Positions 46,545 to 55,753 of a DNA stretch of 64,000 nt are shown here, one piece after another (the stretch's first letter is position 1; each line of letters starts with the position of its first letter). Origin of the DNA: a candidate division FCPU426 bacterium (GTDB lineage: Bacteria; Oederibacteriota; Muellerivitia; Muellerivitales; Muellerivitaceae). The notes under the pieces were generated by a model that was not told where the DNA came from, did no database searches, and was given only the letters and a program-made list of their open reading frames with translations. Location: the NCBI GenBank assembly GCA_963719085.1, contig CAVRAL010000004.1, positions 256,001-320,000 on the forward strand, read 5' to 3'. The translations under genes and the position numbers were made by a program.

Positions 46545-48773
46545 CTATCGGGGGGGTGAGACCACCAGTGGATCGGGGCCCATTTTCAACAATAAAACAC
46601 CTCCCCGGGTCAGGGTGTCATGGGTTAAATGATAGGATTTTTCAGGAATTCCGTTTAAATCCATGGATTGGATATAAGCGTTCTTAGGCGAATTATTCAG
46701 GGTTTTGACCACTAAGTTATCCCCCGCGTAAAAGGACTTATCAATCTCCACTTCGACCCTTTGAAAAAGCGGGCTTCCCACCTGATAAAGCCCGCTGGCC
46801 GAGCCCAGGGGATAAAAACCCATCGCCGAAAAGACATACCAGGCCGACAGGGTGCCGGACTCGTCATGCCCCGGCAGGCCGTCGGCGTTGGGGCCGTAGT
46901 TTTGGTCCAGCGAGTGCCGGACATATTTCTGCGCCCGCCATTCGCTCCCCGGCACCTCGTCAAAAAGATAGGGATCGGCCATGTCCGCGGGATTACCCGG
47001 GTCATAATCCCCTTGAGTCAGGCCGGTTTCCAAGCGCTTGGTGAATCCCACGTCTCCGCCCAACAATAACTTCAGGCCGTCCAAATCCTGGGGAACATCG
47101 AACAAATACTGCCAGGCCGTGCCTTCATAAAATCCCGGTCCGCCGCTGCCCGGCCAAGTTTGGTCACAACAGGCGGCCTGCGGGTCAAAAGGCTCCAGAT
47201 AGGTTCCGTCCTGGTTCCGGGGCCTCAAGAAACGCGTTTTCGGATCGTAGAGGTTTCGGTAGGCCCCAATCCTGGAAAGCAAGACCTTGGCTTGTTCATC
47301 TTGACCCATCGCTTTGACCCATTGGCTTAAGGCAAAATAGGCTTTGGAATAGTCCAAACTGGCCGACACCGTGCCGGGCGACTTGTCATTCCCCGCCCCA
47401 TCCTGGGGAACAAAACCTTGTTTCAAAAAGAACCGAATGCCCCCGTAAGGGCCGCTGGAATCCCCCCGCAAGCCCTTGTCCATTTCCTCGGTGGCGGCCG
47501 GCGCGTCAAAAGCGGTGAGCCCCTTCAAATAACTGTCCGCGATCACCGCGGCGGCCGGGAATCCAACCCCGACGCCGCTCTCCTCGCCCGCGAACTCAAA
47601 ACGCGGCAAAGCCGATCCCTCTTTTCCCATTTCAACCAAACTTTTCACCATGTCCAGTTCGACTTTGGGATATACCAAGCTGAGCAGGGGATGAAGCGAA
47701 CGCTGGGTGTCCGCCAAGTCAAAAAAGGAATAACGGGTATAGTCCTGCGCGGTTTTCACGCCCGAATGTTGAAATCCCTGGTACTGCCCGTTCACGTCGC
47801 TAAAAACGCAGGGCTGAAGCAGGCAATGATAGAGGGCCGTGTAAAAAATTTTTTGGGCGGCGGGATCGCCCCCGGTAATTTTAATTTTAGAAAGTTCCCC
47901 ATCCCACGCGGCCAGGGCCTGGCGCATGGCCGCCTCAAAATCCCAGTCCGGGATCTCGGTTTCCAGATTCAATTCGGCGTTTTCCACGCTGACATAGGAG
48001 ACCCCCACCTTCACCTCGATCGATTCGCCCGCCGCGGTGGAAAAACTGACGAAGGCCCCGACGTCCGCGCCTTGCTGCTGCGGCTCGGCCGAAAGTTTTC
48101 CGTCTTTCCAAGTCCCCGTCTTTTCAGCGGCCTTGCTGAACCGCGCCACGAAATAAATTTTTTGCCGGTTGCCGGAATCAGGCTTTCCAAAGTCGCCGCT
48201 TTCGCTCACTCCGGAGATTTCTTGGTTGGAAACGATCTTGACGCTGGACTCGGTCGGGTGCCGGGCCCTCACGCTGTCGGTGGCCAACCGCGCGCCCGCG
48301 TCCACCAGGATGTTGGCGTCGCCGTCACAAGCGGGAAAGGTGTAACGGCTAAACCCCGTGTGGCAGGCGGCGGTCATTTCCGCCAAAAGTCCAAAGGTGG
48401 TCAGCCGGGTTTTGTAATACCCCGGGAAGGCGCTCTCGGAATCGTAGGCGCTTTTCCGGGCCTCCGGGTCCATTTGAATTTTTCCCGTGGTGGGCATCAA
48501 TACCACATTCCCCAACCCCGGGGTTTCAGCGCCGCTTAAATGAAGGTGCCCAAATCCATAAAGGAAGGGACGGCCTGAAATGTACCCCGAGGGTGATTGC
48601 AAGTCGTTATGCGGGCTTACGGAGACCATGCCCCAAGGAATCGACGCCCCCGGAAAAGTATTTCCACCATTGGCTGTGCCCACGAAACAATTCACCAGTG
48701 TTACCGGGCCATAAGTTGGCGCCGCGGCGAGGCCCAAGCCATGGAAAAAAAACAGCGTTGTCACGAAAAACAT
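46545..48773 (-). CDS. GH92 family alpha-mannosidase-like glycoside hydrolase
   Basis: GNTFPGA..PWGMV..SP, GFGHLHLSG, FYTALYH, EGTAWQY, SAWYVFSAMGFYP; start uncertain. Confidence 0.9.
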   Translation of the reverse strand: MFFVTTLFFFHGLGLAAAPTYGPVTLVNCFVGTANGGNTFPGASIPWGMVSVSPHNDLQSPSGYISGRPFLYGFGHLHLSGAETPGLGNVVLMPTTGKIQMDPEARKSAYDSESAFPGYYKTRLTTFGLLAEMTAACHTGFSRYTFPACDGDANILVDAGARLATDSVRARHPTESSVKIVSNQEISGVSESGDFGKPDSGNRQKIYFVARFSKAAEKTGTWKDGKLSAEPQQQGADVGAFVSFSTAAGESIEVKVGVSYVSVENAELNLETEIPDWDFEAAMRQALAAWDGELSKIKITGGDPAAQKIFYTALYHCLLQPCVFSDVNGQYQGFQHSGVKTAQDYTRYSFFDLADTQRSLHPLLSLVYPKVELDMVKSLVEMGKEGSALPRFEFAGEESGVGVGFPAAAVIADSYLKGLTAFDAPAATEEMDKGLRGDSSGPYGGIRFFLKQGFVPQDGAGNDKSPGTVSASLDYSKAYFALSQWVKAMGQDEQAKVLLSRIGAYRNLYDPKTRFLRPRNQDGTYLEPFDPQAACCDQTWPGSGGPGFYEGTAWQYLFDVPQDLDGLKLLLGGDVGFTKRLETGLTQGDYDPGNPADMADPYLFDEVPGSEWRAQKYVRHSLDQNYGPNADGLPGHDESGTLSAWYVFSAMGFYPLGSASGLYQVGSPLFQRVEVEIDKSFYAGDNLVVKTLNNSPKNAYIQSMDLNGIPEKSYHLTHDTLTRGGVLLLKMGPDPLVVSPPR

Positions 48774-48867
48774 TGAGTGTTGGAATGCCCTTTTCAACTC
48801 TTGGTTTCCACCTTTCGGTTCGGCTGGTAGAATAATCATAAGTGATGAAACTCCACGGGAGCCTTCC

Positions 48868-49884
48868 ATGAACGTCCGACCCCAACTGGCCTCCATTCGC
48901 GCCCGCTACGGCACTCCTTACCACCAATGGATGACCCAGGAATTCGACGAATTAGGCTGGAAGCTGGTCCAAAAAAGTTTACTTCAAAAACGCTTCCATG
49001 ACGTGACTTTGTTGATTGAGGGGCCGGATAAACGCTTCGCCCTGATGAGCAAGCACAGCTATCCCCCCGGCGTTTTTCGCTCCCCCTCGGGCGGCGTGGA
49101 ACCGGGCGAGGACCTGGCCGCGGGGGCTTTAAGGGAAGCGATGGAGGAAACGGGCCTGCCCGTGGATCTTCGCCGCTTCATCCATCACATCACCCTGGAC
49201 ATCGTCTTTGAGAAGGACGTGGCCCGGTGGGATTCCTATATTTTTTACGCCACCACCAAAGAAACCGACCTTAAGCCCCAAGATTTAAAGGAAGTGAGGG
49301 AGGCACAATGGGCCACCCGGTCCCAAATGGAGCTGATGGTGCACCGATTAAGGGATACGGGTAACGGCGGCCTCATTTATCGGGGCAACTTGACCGAAGC
49401 CTCCCTTTGGGCGCTGGACAATCCGGTCCGGATTCGCGAAGCCAAGCTCCAGGACATGCCTGCGATTTCCCGGTCGCTGGTCGCCAACCTGATCGACAAT
49501 ACGGCCATGGACCAAACCTTGTGGTGGGTGGCGGAAGTGAACGGGGTTTGGGCCGGCACGGTGGGCATTATGCCCCAAAGCGATTGCGTGGAGTTGACGG
49601 GTTTGACGGTGGAACCGGCCTACCAAGCCAAGGGGTTGGGCCACGCCCTGGTCGAGTACGCCTGCGACCAATGGAACGACGCGGAAAAAAGAAAAAAACT
49701 CACCGCCGCTCGGAAGGTTTTTCTGAACGACAAGCTCTGGATCTTGACCCCGACACCCGCTTATTTTTTACCGGTCAATTTCGCCCTTACCTCAAGGGAA
49801 TTTCTTCCCGAAAGCCTGAAGAAAAAACTATCGGGCCCCAAGGCCCGCTGGTCCGCCATGCGCTACCAGCTTTATAAGCTGTAG
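48868..49884 (+). CDS. NUDIX hydrolase-GNAT acetyltransferase fusion
   Basis: GGVEPGEDLAAGALREAMEETGL Nudix box; LTVEPAYQAKGLGHALV acetyl-CoA motif. Confidence 0.85.
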   Translation: MNVRPQLASIRARYGTPYHQWMTQEFDELGWKLVQKSLLQKRFHDVTLLIEGPDKRFALMSKHSYPPGVFRSPSGGVEPGEDLAAGALREAMEETGLPVDLRRFIHHITLDIVFEKDVARWDSYIFYATTKETDLKPQDLKEVREAQWATRSQMELMVHRLRDTGNGGLIYRGNLTEASLWALDNPVRIREAKLQDMPAISRSLVANLIDNTAMDQTLWWVAEVNGVWAGTVGIMPQSDCVELTGLTVEPAYQAKGLGHALVEYACDQWNDAEKRKKLTAARKVFLNDKLWILTPTPAYFLPVNFALTSREFLPESLKKKLSGPKARWSAMRYQLYKL

Positions 49885-49892
49885 CGAATTTA

Positions 49893-50008
49893 TTTTCACC
49901 GCCAAGAGGCCAAGTTCGCCAAGAACACCTAAACATAGGCGTATGGAAATATTCAAAAAGAAAAAATTTAAAGCACTCAATGTTTTCTTGGCGTCTTGGC
50001 GGTGAAAA
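49893..50008. repeat. Intergenic inverted-repeat element between convergent genes
   Basis: TTTTCACCGCCAAGAGGCCAAG ... CTTGGCGTCTTGGCGGTGAAAA (21/22 inverted match). Confidence 0.8.
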
Positions 50009-50009
50009 A

Positions 50010-50705
50010 CTATTTAATACTTTTATTCCAGCGGGAAAACCAGTAGGAACCCAGAAGCGCCGTGGCGAAGCTGGCGACAGCCACCGGCAGCACATGGGCC
50101 GTGAGAAGATGGCTACGGGTCCAGCAAGGGCAGCAAACAAAAAGCGCGCCGGACGCCATGAGGAAGGCCGAGGTTCCGGACCAAAGACCGGTCACCGCGG
50201 GGCGGAAGCTGGCGTTTTTTGACAAGGTCAAACCCAGAATCACCCAAGGCAAAAGCCCGATGGCCAAAACCAGCGGGAAACAATAATCATCATCCAAATT
50301 TCCGCTGTCCACATCAGCCGCCGCGGCCGGAAAAAGAAACCAGGGCACCAAAACCAATCCGATCAAGGCCGCCCCTAAAAAGATCTTTTGCCAAAGCGCC
50401 AGGCCCCGTCCCGGGATTCCCGAAAGCACCGCGCCCCAAGCCGAAAACGCCGAAGCCAATAAAATAAAGCCCACGAATAAAACAAACCCGGGATTTTGAA
50501 AATTTTCGGCCATGTCAGGCCGGGGCTTCAGCCCGGCGATAAGGCCTCCCATGATGAGGCCCGTCAACCCCAGCCAGGCCAGCCATTGAACCAAGGGATT
50601 CTGGACGCGCCCAATCGAACCCGCTCCGGATTGGGTCAATTGGTCCACCAAGCTTTGATGCAAGCTGGAAGGGTTTTGTTTTACTTTAGCGGCCGTGCTT
50701 TTCAT
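50010..50705 (-). CDS. NrsF/DUF1109-family membrane anti-sigma factor
   Basis: Multi-TM, RPD motif, S.IPGR, Cys in DYC and CCP, H..P; follows an ECF sigma. Confidence 0.8.
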   Translation of the reverse strand: MKSTAAKVKQNPSSLHQSLVDQLTQSGAGSIGRVQNPLVQWLAWLGLTGLIMGGLIAGLKPRPDMAENFQNPGFVLFVGFILLASAFSAWGAVLSGIPGRGLALWQKIFLGAALIGLVLVPWFLFPAAAADVDSGNLDDDYCFPLVLAIGLLPWVILGLTLSKNASFRPAVTGLWSGTSAFLMASGALFVCCPCWTRSHLLTAHVLPVAVASFATALLGSYWFSRWNKSIK

Positions 50706-51310
50706 TTGTGTCTGGTCTCCATCAAACTTTTTCGAAGATAAACATATCCGCGGTGGGCCCTTACCTTGAGCGCCGGCACCGAGATCCCGAGTTTCCGGGA
50801 GGCTTCTTCCAGGGAAAAACCCTGGATTTTTAAAAGTTCCACCGCCTGCCGGTTCATCTTGGGCAGGGCGCGAAGGGCGCGGTAAAGCTCGTCCGTCAGG
50901 CTTTCCGAATCGCCGTTGATTTCAGCCTCGGCCACATCTTGTAATTTTTCCGTCGGGATTTCCCGTTGGGTGACCCGCCGCCGCCGCCCTAAACTGACCA
51001 AAATGGAATTTCGCGCCACTGCAAAAAGCCAGGGCCCCAGCAGCCGCGCCGGGTCATAAGTCGGCAAGGCTTTATGTAAGGTCAAAAGAAGATCTTGGTA
51101 AGCGTCCAAGACTAAATCTTGCTGATAGACCCGCTTGCGGACATAACCCAAAAGAAGCGGGCCGATTTCATCCAAAAAGCGGCGATAGGCTTCCATGTCG
51201 CCCTGCTGGGCCTTTTCCATGAGAACCTGCCACGATTCCCATTGGAGCCGGTTTTCCTCGCTTTGAAAGCCGGAAGACCGGTTGGATTTTGGAACCCTGC
51301 CTGAGGCCAA
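50702..51310 (-). CDS. ECF sigma factor
   Basis: QQGDMEAY, TYDPAR..GPWLFAVARN, ALKVRAHRG; TTG start at 51310 behind AGGAG. Confidence 0.92.
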   Translation of the reverse strand: MASGRVPKSNRSSGFQSEENRLQWESWQVLMEKAQQGDMEAYRRFLDEIGPLLLGYVRKRVYQQDLVLDAYQDLLLTLHKALPTYDPARLLGPWLFAVARNSILVSLGRRRRVTQREIPTEKLQDVAEAEINGDSESLTDELYRALRALPKMNRQAVELLKIQGFSLEEASRKLGISVPALKVRAHRGYVYLRKSLMETRHK

Positions 51311-51485
51311 GAGTCTCTCCTGAGTAAATATCGTCGGACGGCCCACAATGTTACCGTAAATTAGACGAAATCGCAGGCGCGGAAGGGGCTTTGGGGTAAG
51401 AAACCTTCAAAAAAATAACCGGAATCCAATGAGAAAAACCTGTTTTTGGCGCGCTGAAAAAATTCCTTTTTTCACAAATGGAAAA

Positions 51486-52175
51486 CTACTTTTTCCAGCG
51501 GGAGAACCAAAAAAGACCGGCCCAGCTGGCCAACAGGGTGAACAGGGCCACGGGTAAAAGATGGGCCATCAGGATATGGCCCCATTCGTTATTGGGGCAA
51601 TGCAGTTGAACCGTGGTGGTTCCCAAAAGGAATGCCGACGCCCCGGTCCAGGCCCCGGTCCAGGCCGGTTTAAAAGCGGCGTTGCGGGAAACGATCCAGG
51701 CCAAAAGAATCCAGGGCGGCAAGCCCACCAAAGAGACCACGGTGAAACAACCCCATCCTTGCTTGAGCGTTTCGAGGGGGTTAAAAGCCTGGCTGTTGGC
51801 GGACAAAAATAAAATCGGCAAAGCGAAAAGCCCGGCCAAAACCAGTAAGGCCGTTATTTGATAAAGCTTCCCCGTCTGACGGCCCGGCACGCTGGAAGCG
51901 ATGGCTTCCCAAGCGGCCAGCGCCGCGCCGGCGAAAGCCAAAACCGCGAAAGTCAGCGAGGGCATTTGTCCCAGGGACGCTTCCAACCCCGGTTGAATCT
52001 TAATGACGGCCAAGGCCAGTCCCATCACGATGACCGACGCCGTCAGCCACAAACCCCACTGAGACCAGGCCGACGGGATCGGTTCCACGGCCCGGGTGTC
52101 GGACAAAATGTGACGGACCAAGTTTTTGTGGGCCTGGGTCATGTCTTTGGTTTTTTTGTGGATTCCCGCTCGCAT
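51486..52175 (-). CDS. NrsF/DUF1109-family anti-sigma factor (paralog)
   Basis: Multi-TM, SSVPGR, GWGC, LHCP, H..P. Confidence 0.8.
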   Translation of the reverse strand: MRAGIHKKTKDMTQAHKNLVRHILSDTRAVEPIPSAWSQWGLWLTASVIVMGLALAVIKIQPGLEASLGQMPSLTFAVLAFAGAALAAWEAIASSVPGRQTGKLYQITALLVLAGLFALPILFLSANSQAFNPLETLKQGWGCFTVVSLVGLPPWILLAWIVSRNAAFKPAWTGAWTGASAFLLGTTTVQLHCPNNEWGHILMAHLLPVALFTLLASWAGLFWFSRWKK

Positions 52176-52756
52176 CAGTTCTTCCCCTTCAAAATTTCAC
52201 GCAGCTGCCGGTAACCCCGATGGGCCCTGACCTTCAAAGCCGCCACCGTGATTTGCAATTGAGCCGCGGCGGCTTCCAGGCTCAGACCCTTTAATTTTAA
52301 AAGCTCAATCGCTTCGCGGTTCAAGGGCGGCAAAGCCTTTAAGGCCTGGTCCAGGTCGTCCCCCAAGCTTCCGTCCATTTCAACGGTTCCCGTTTCGGGC
52401 AATTCCTCAACGGCGATCTCCCGTTCCACGAAACGGCGGTTCTTCGCCAAGGCGTCCAGCATCGAATTGCGGGCCACGGTAAAAAGCCAGGGCCCAAAAG
52501 GACGGCTGGGTTCATAGCTATGGCGGGCCTTGTGGAAGGTCAACAACACTTCCTGGTAAACGTCCTGGACGATTTCGCGGTTAAACACCCGCTTGCGCAC
52601 ATAACCCAAAAGGACCGGTCCCAACTCGTTGAGCAATTGCTCATAAGCGGCCTTGTCGCCCTGTTGGACCTTGACCATCAAAACGGTCCAAGAATCCCAT
52701 TGCGCCGGGTTCCAGGGTTTCGTCTTGGATGAAGAGGAATGCGGCTTTAATTTCAA
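52175..52756 (-). CDS. ECF sigma factor (paralog)
   Basis: QQGDKAAY, DVYQEV, YEPSRPFGPWLFTVARN, ALKVRAHRG. Confidence 0.93.
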   Translation of the reverse strand: MKLKPHSSSSKTKPWNPAQWDSWTVLMVKVQQGDKAAYEQLLNELGPVLLGYVRKRVFNREIVQDVYQEVLLTFHKARHSYEPSRPFGPWLFTVARNSMLDALAKNRRFVEREIAVEELPETGTVEMDGSLGDDLDQALKALPPLNREAIELLKLKGLSLEAAAAQLQITVAALKVRAHRGYRQLREILKGKN

Positions 52757-52775
52757 GAAGGCCCTTCTTTACACC

Positions 52776-52801
52776 TACGAAATGGGGACAACCAAAGTTA
52801 C
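52776..52801 (-). promoter_or_regulatory. SigF/ECF16-type autoregulatory promoter
   Basis: GTAACT-N16-CGTA directly upstream of the ECF gene. Confidence 0.65.
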
Positions 52802-52803
52802 CC

Positions 52804-53499
52804 TCAGCCTAATAAATCCACCGTCTCGCGCACGCTCATGAGTTTACAGGTATAGATGGGCGTGTCCCGGACCGTATACTTGGACCCTTCGGTTTCCCGA
52901 AGCGCCATCACGAGGTCCAGGAAGTCCTGGGGCTGGTCGCCCTCAAAGGCCACCACGAAATCCTGATCATCCAAACCGAAGGAATAGGTGGTGTTCAGCT
53001 TCACCGACGGATAAAGGTTTCCCACCCGGATATGCTCATCCATGATCCTTTGGCGCTCTTCTTTGGACAATAGATACCACTCGCGGCTCTTCACAAAGGG
53101 ATAAATGAAAATATATTTGCCCCGGCCCGGCACGATGGCCATCCGGTTGCCGTCCTGGCCGTCATGCTGGTGCTTGTCGATGTAAAGACTGCGCTTGGTC
53201 ATGGCCAAGTAAGAAGCGGGCTGGGACAGATAAGGCCCCAATCCGGATTGAAGGATCCGCGAGTCCATGCGCTGAAAGCTATCCAGGTCGTAGCTGATGC
53301 GCCAAAGCATCAGGTCGGTTTCGGCTTTGAATCCCAAGGTGGAATAGGCCAAAAGAATCCCCTCTTTTTCAAAAGCCTCCACCGCTTCCACGAAAGATTT
53401 TTTGGCTTCTTGGCGTTCCGCGGGGGATAGTTTCCGAAAATCTTGGGACACCTTATAAAAAGCGAAACTCACGTATTGTCGTTTCGGGGCCTCGGCCAT
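52804..53499 (-). CDS. Chlorite dismutase / coproheme decarboxylase family heme protein
   Basis: YPFVKSREWYLL...MDEHIRVG, TYSFGLDDQDFVVAFE, LRETE, DTPIYT. Confidence 0.88.
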   Translation of the reverse strand: MAEAPKRQYVSFAFYKVSQDFRKLSPAERQEAKKSFVEAVEAFEKEGILLAYSTLGFKAETDLMLWRISYDLDSFQRMDSRILQSGLGPYLSQPASYLAMTKRSLYIDKHQHDGQDGNRMAIVPGRGKYIFIYPFVKSREWYLLSKEERQRIMDEHIRVGNLYPSVKLNTTYSFGLDDQDFVVAFEGDQPQDFLDLVMALRETEGSKYTVRDTPIYTCKLMSVRETVDLLG

Positions 53500-53606
53500 T
53501 CGGATACTCCATTCGGTTGGATGATGACATTCCCCCCGTCTTCGGGGGATTTAAACAGAGGCGTATTCTAGGACGGCTTTTTTAAAAATGCAAAAAAGCC
53601 GTGCTT

Positions 53607-55751
53607 TTAAGATCTCGGCGCCGTGATCTCAATCTCACCCACCGGGGCGAAAGCAGGGTTTTCCGCGGGCATTCGCGCGGGAGTCAGGGAGAAAAAGTCG
53701 CTCGGAAGGTCTTCGGAAGTTTCCGGGGCGTATTGGGTGAAAAAGCCACCGCCGGGTTCTCCCGTGAACTTCTCCAAATCCTGGGCCTCAGCCCGATCAT
53801 AAAAATCGCCGTTAAAATTTTCCAGGCCCTGCCGCGGCTTTTCAACGCCCCTTTGCAAACCCACTACCATCCGGTAATGGCCCGGGGGGAAATCGGACGG
53901 CACAAACAGCGTCCGCTCCTCGCCATACCAAAGCCCTGGGCGCAGTTGACTCCAGGAAAGCCTTCCGCTGAAAGGCGCATGGATGTCATGAAACCACAAA
54001 ACCCCGTCCTTGAGCGGATAGGCGCCTTGGTCATCCACGAAATAAACGACCACTTGTTCCGCTTGGTCGGCTTCGCTAAAGCCGGTCCGCTTCCATTGAT
54101 AAAGAAGCGACAACCGCCCCCCCGCCGCCACGCTGGTTCCCGAGGTTTCTACCGCCATGAGCTGAATCCCTCCCCAAGCCGCCAGGGGCCTCGCCTGAGG
54201 CGGCGCGGGCCTCAACAAGGCGGGAGGTTCTTGGGTAGCTTTTAAAAGCGGGCCCTCGGCTTTGAAATACCAATTGGACGGCAATCCCTCGATCGGCCGG
54301 TTCAAATAAAGCGGCCGCCCCGCGAGCAGGGCGTCCCGTATTTTTTGGCCGACGAGATCATGCCCGTCCTTCCCAGGTTCGAGAATTTCCACATCGGGAC
54401 GCGCGCCGTAAGCGGTCTGATATCCCACCACGGGGAAATATTGGTTCTCCTCCGACGGCACATAGAGGGCTTGAGGCCCCAAGGTTTCCAAAATATTCTT
54501 GGCGTAATCCTGCGCGCCCCTTTCCCGGCCCCGATCCCACTGGCGCCCGACGAGGCCAAACTGGAGCAATACCCAAACCAAAAGCAAAAAGCTCATTCCC
54601 CCCTTCCAAGAAAAAGTTTTTGGCCCCCTAAATTTTCCCAGCCGCTTGAATTCCCAATGGCTGATCCAGGCCAAAAAGACCGCGGCTATAAGCCCGAAAA
54701 AAATCCAAGGGTAGAGGAATTGATGGGACTCAAAGGCCGGATAAGGAACCGTGATGACGAGCAGGGCTTCCAACAGGGCCCAGCCCAATCCCGCCCAAAA
54801 AAACAGCGGCAGTTTTTCTTTTTTCTTGGCCAGGGCCCAAAACCCGCCCGCCAAAAGCAAAAACCCGATGGGAGTCAAATCAATCCAAAGACGCTCGACC
54901 AGCTGACCTAAAACAATCGCGACATTGGAAAAGGAAGTGGCGCCGAGCGACTTCGAGAATTTTAAGGCCAAGACTTGGCGTAAAAACTCCGGCGCGTGGT
55001 CGATGGAGGAAAAGGCGATGGCCGGATGAAGCGCGGAGCGCAAAGGAAAATAAAGCGCCGTGCTCCATCCCAAAAGGAAAAAAGCGAGGAATCTGGGGAT
55101 TTCCCGGCTCCACGAATCCGACCGCCGCCGGTTTTCCCAAGCATAAGCCGCTAAAAGAACCGCCGCCCCGAAATATTGGGTCGGTCTGAAAACCACCGCC
55201 GCGCCCAATACCATAGCCACCGCCATCCACTTTTTAGGACTTTGAACCGAAACCAGCCAAAGCGCGCCCAAGATCAAGGCCACATGCAGGGGATAAACCA
55301 CCACCGTCAGCGAATAGGTCCACCAGGGCAGGCTGAGGCTCCAAGCCAAGGTCAAAAAAACCAGCCATGTCTTTAAACGGGGGGAAAGGGGCTTCGAAGG
55401 CTGGGGCGAAAAACGCTCCGCCAAACGGCAGGCCAAAAGAAAAAACAAACCGGAGGTCAACGAGGAACTAAAAACCGATAAAAGCCCCAGACGGAAAGCC
55501 GGGCTTCCCGCCGGCCACCCTAAAAACAGCTTTCCCAAAAGATGGTAAAGCGCTTGACCCGAGGGATGGGAAATGCCTAAGGCCGCCGTGGCGGCCAACA
55601 ACTCCCCCGAGTCATACCAACCAATAAAGGGGGAAAGCAGAAAGACGTTAACGAGAAAAAGCCCCGTTCCAATCCCGACCGCGGTTTTCCAGCGCGCCCG
55701 CGAAGCGGAAGTCGGAGGTTTTCTTTTACCGGGGGAAGTCTTTGAGATCAA
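53607..55751 (-). CDS. DUF2723-like (GT-C type) membrane glycosyltransferase
   Basis: YDSGEL...LGISHPSG motif followed by many TM helices. Confidence 0.75.
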   Translation of the reverse strand: MISKTSPGKRKPPTSASRARWKTAVGIGTGLFLVNVFLLSPFIGWYDSGELLAATAALGISHPSGQALYHLLGKLFLGWPAGSPAFRLGLLSVFSSSLTSGLFFLLACRLAERFSPQPSKPLSPRLKTWLVFLTLAWSLSLPWWTYSLTVVVYPLHVALILGALWLVSVQSPKKWMAVAMVLGAAVVFRPTQYFGAAVLLAAYAWENRRRSDSWSREIPRFLAFFLLGWSTALYFPLRSALHPAIAFSSIDHAPEFLRQVLALKFSKSLGATSFSNVAIVLGQLVERLWIDLTPIGFLLLAGGFWALAKKKEKLPLFFWAGLGWALLEALLVITVPYPAFESHQFLYPWIFFGLIAAVFLAWISHWEFKRLGKFRGPKTFSWKGGMSFLLLVWVLLQFGLVGRQWDRGRERGAQDYAKNILETLGPQALYVPSEENQYFPVVGYQTAYGARPDVEILEPGKDGHDLVGQKIRDALLAGRPLYLNRPIEGLPSNWYFKAEGPLLKATQEPPALLRPAPPQARPLAAWGGIQLMAVETSGTSVAAGGRLSLLYQWKRTGFSEADQAEQVVVYFVDDQGAYPLKDGVLWFHDIHAPFSGRLSWSQLRPGLWYGEERTLFVPSDFPPGHYRMVVGLQRGVEKPRQGLENFNGDFYDRAEAQDLEKFTGEPGGGFFTQYAPETSEDLPSDFFSLTPARMPAENPAFAPVGEIEITAPRS

Positions 55752-55753
55752 AT

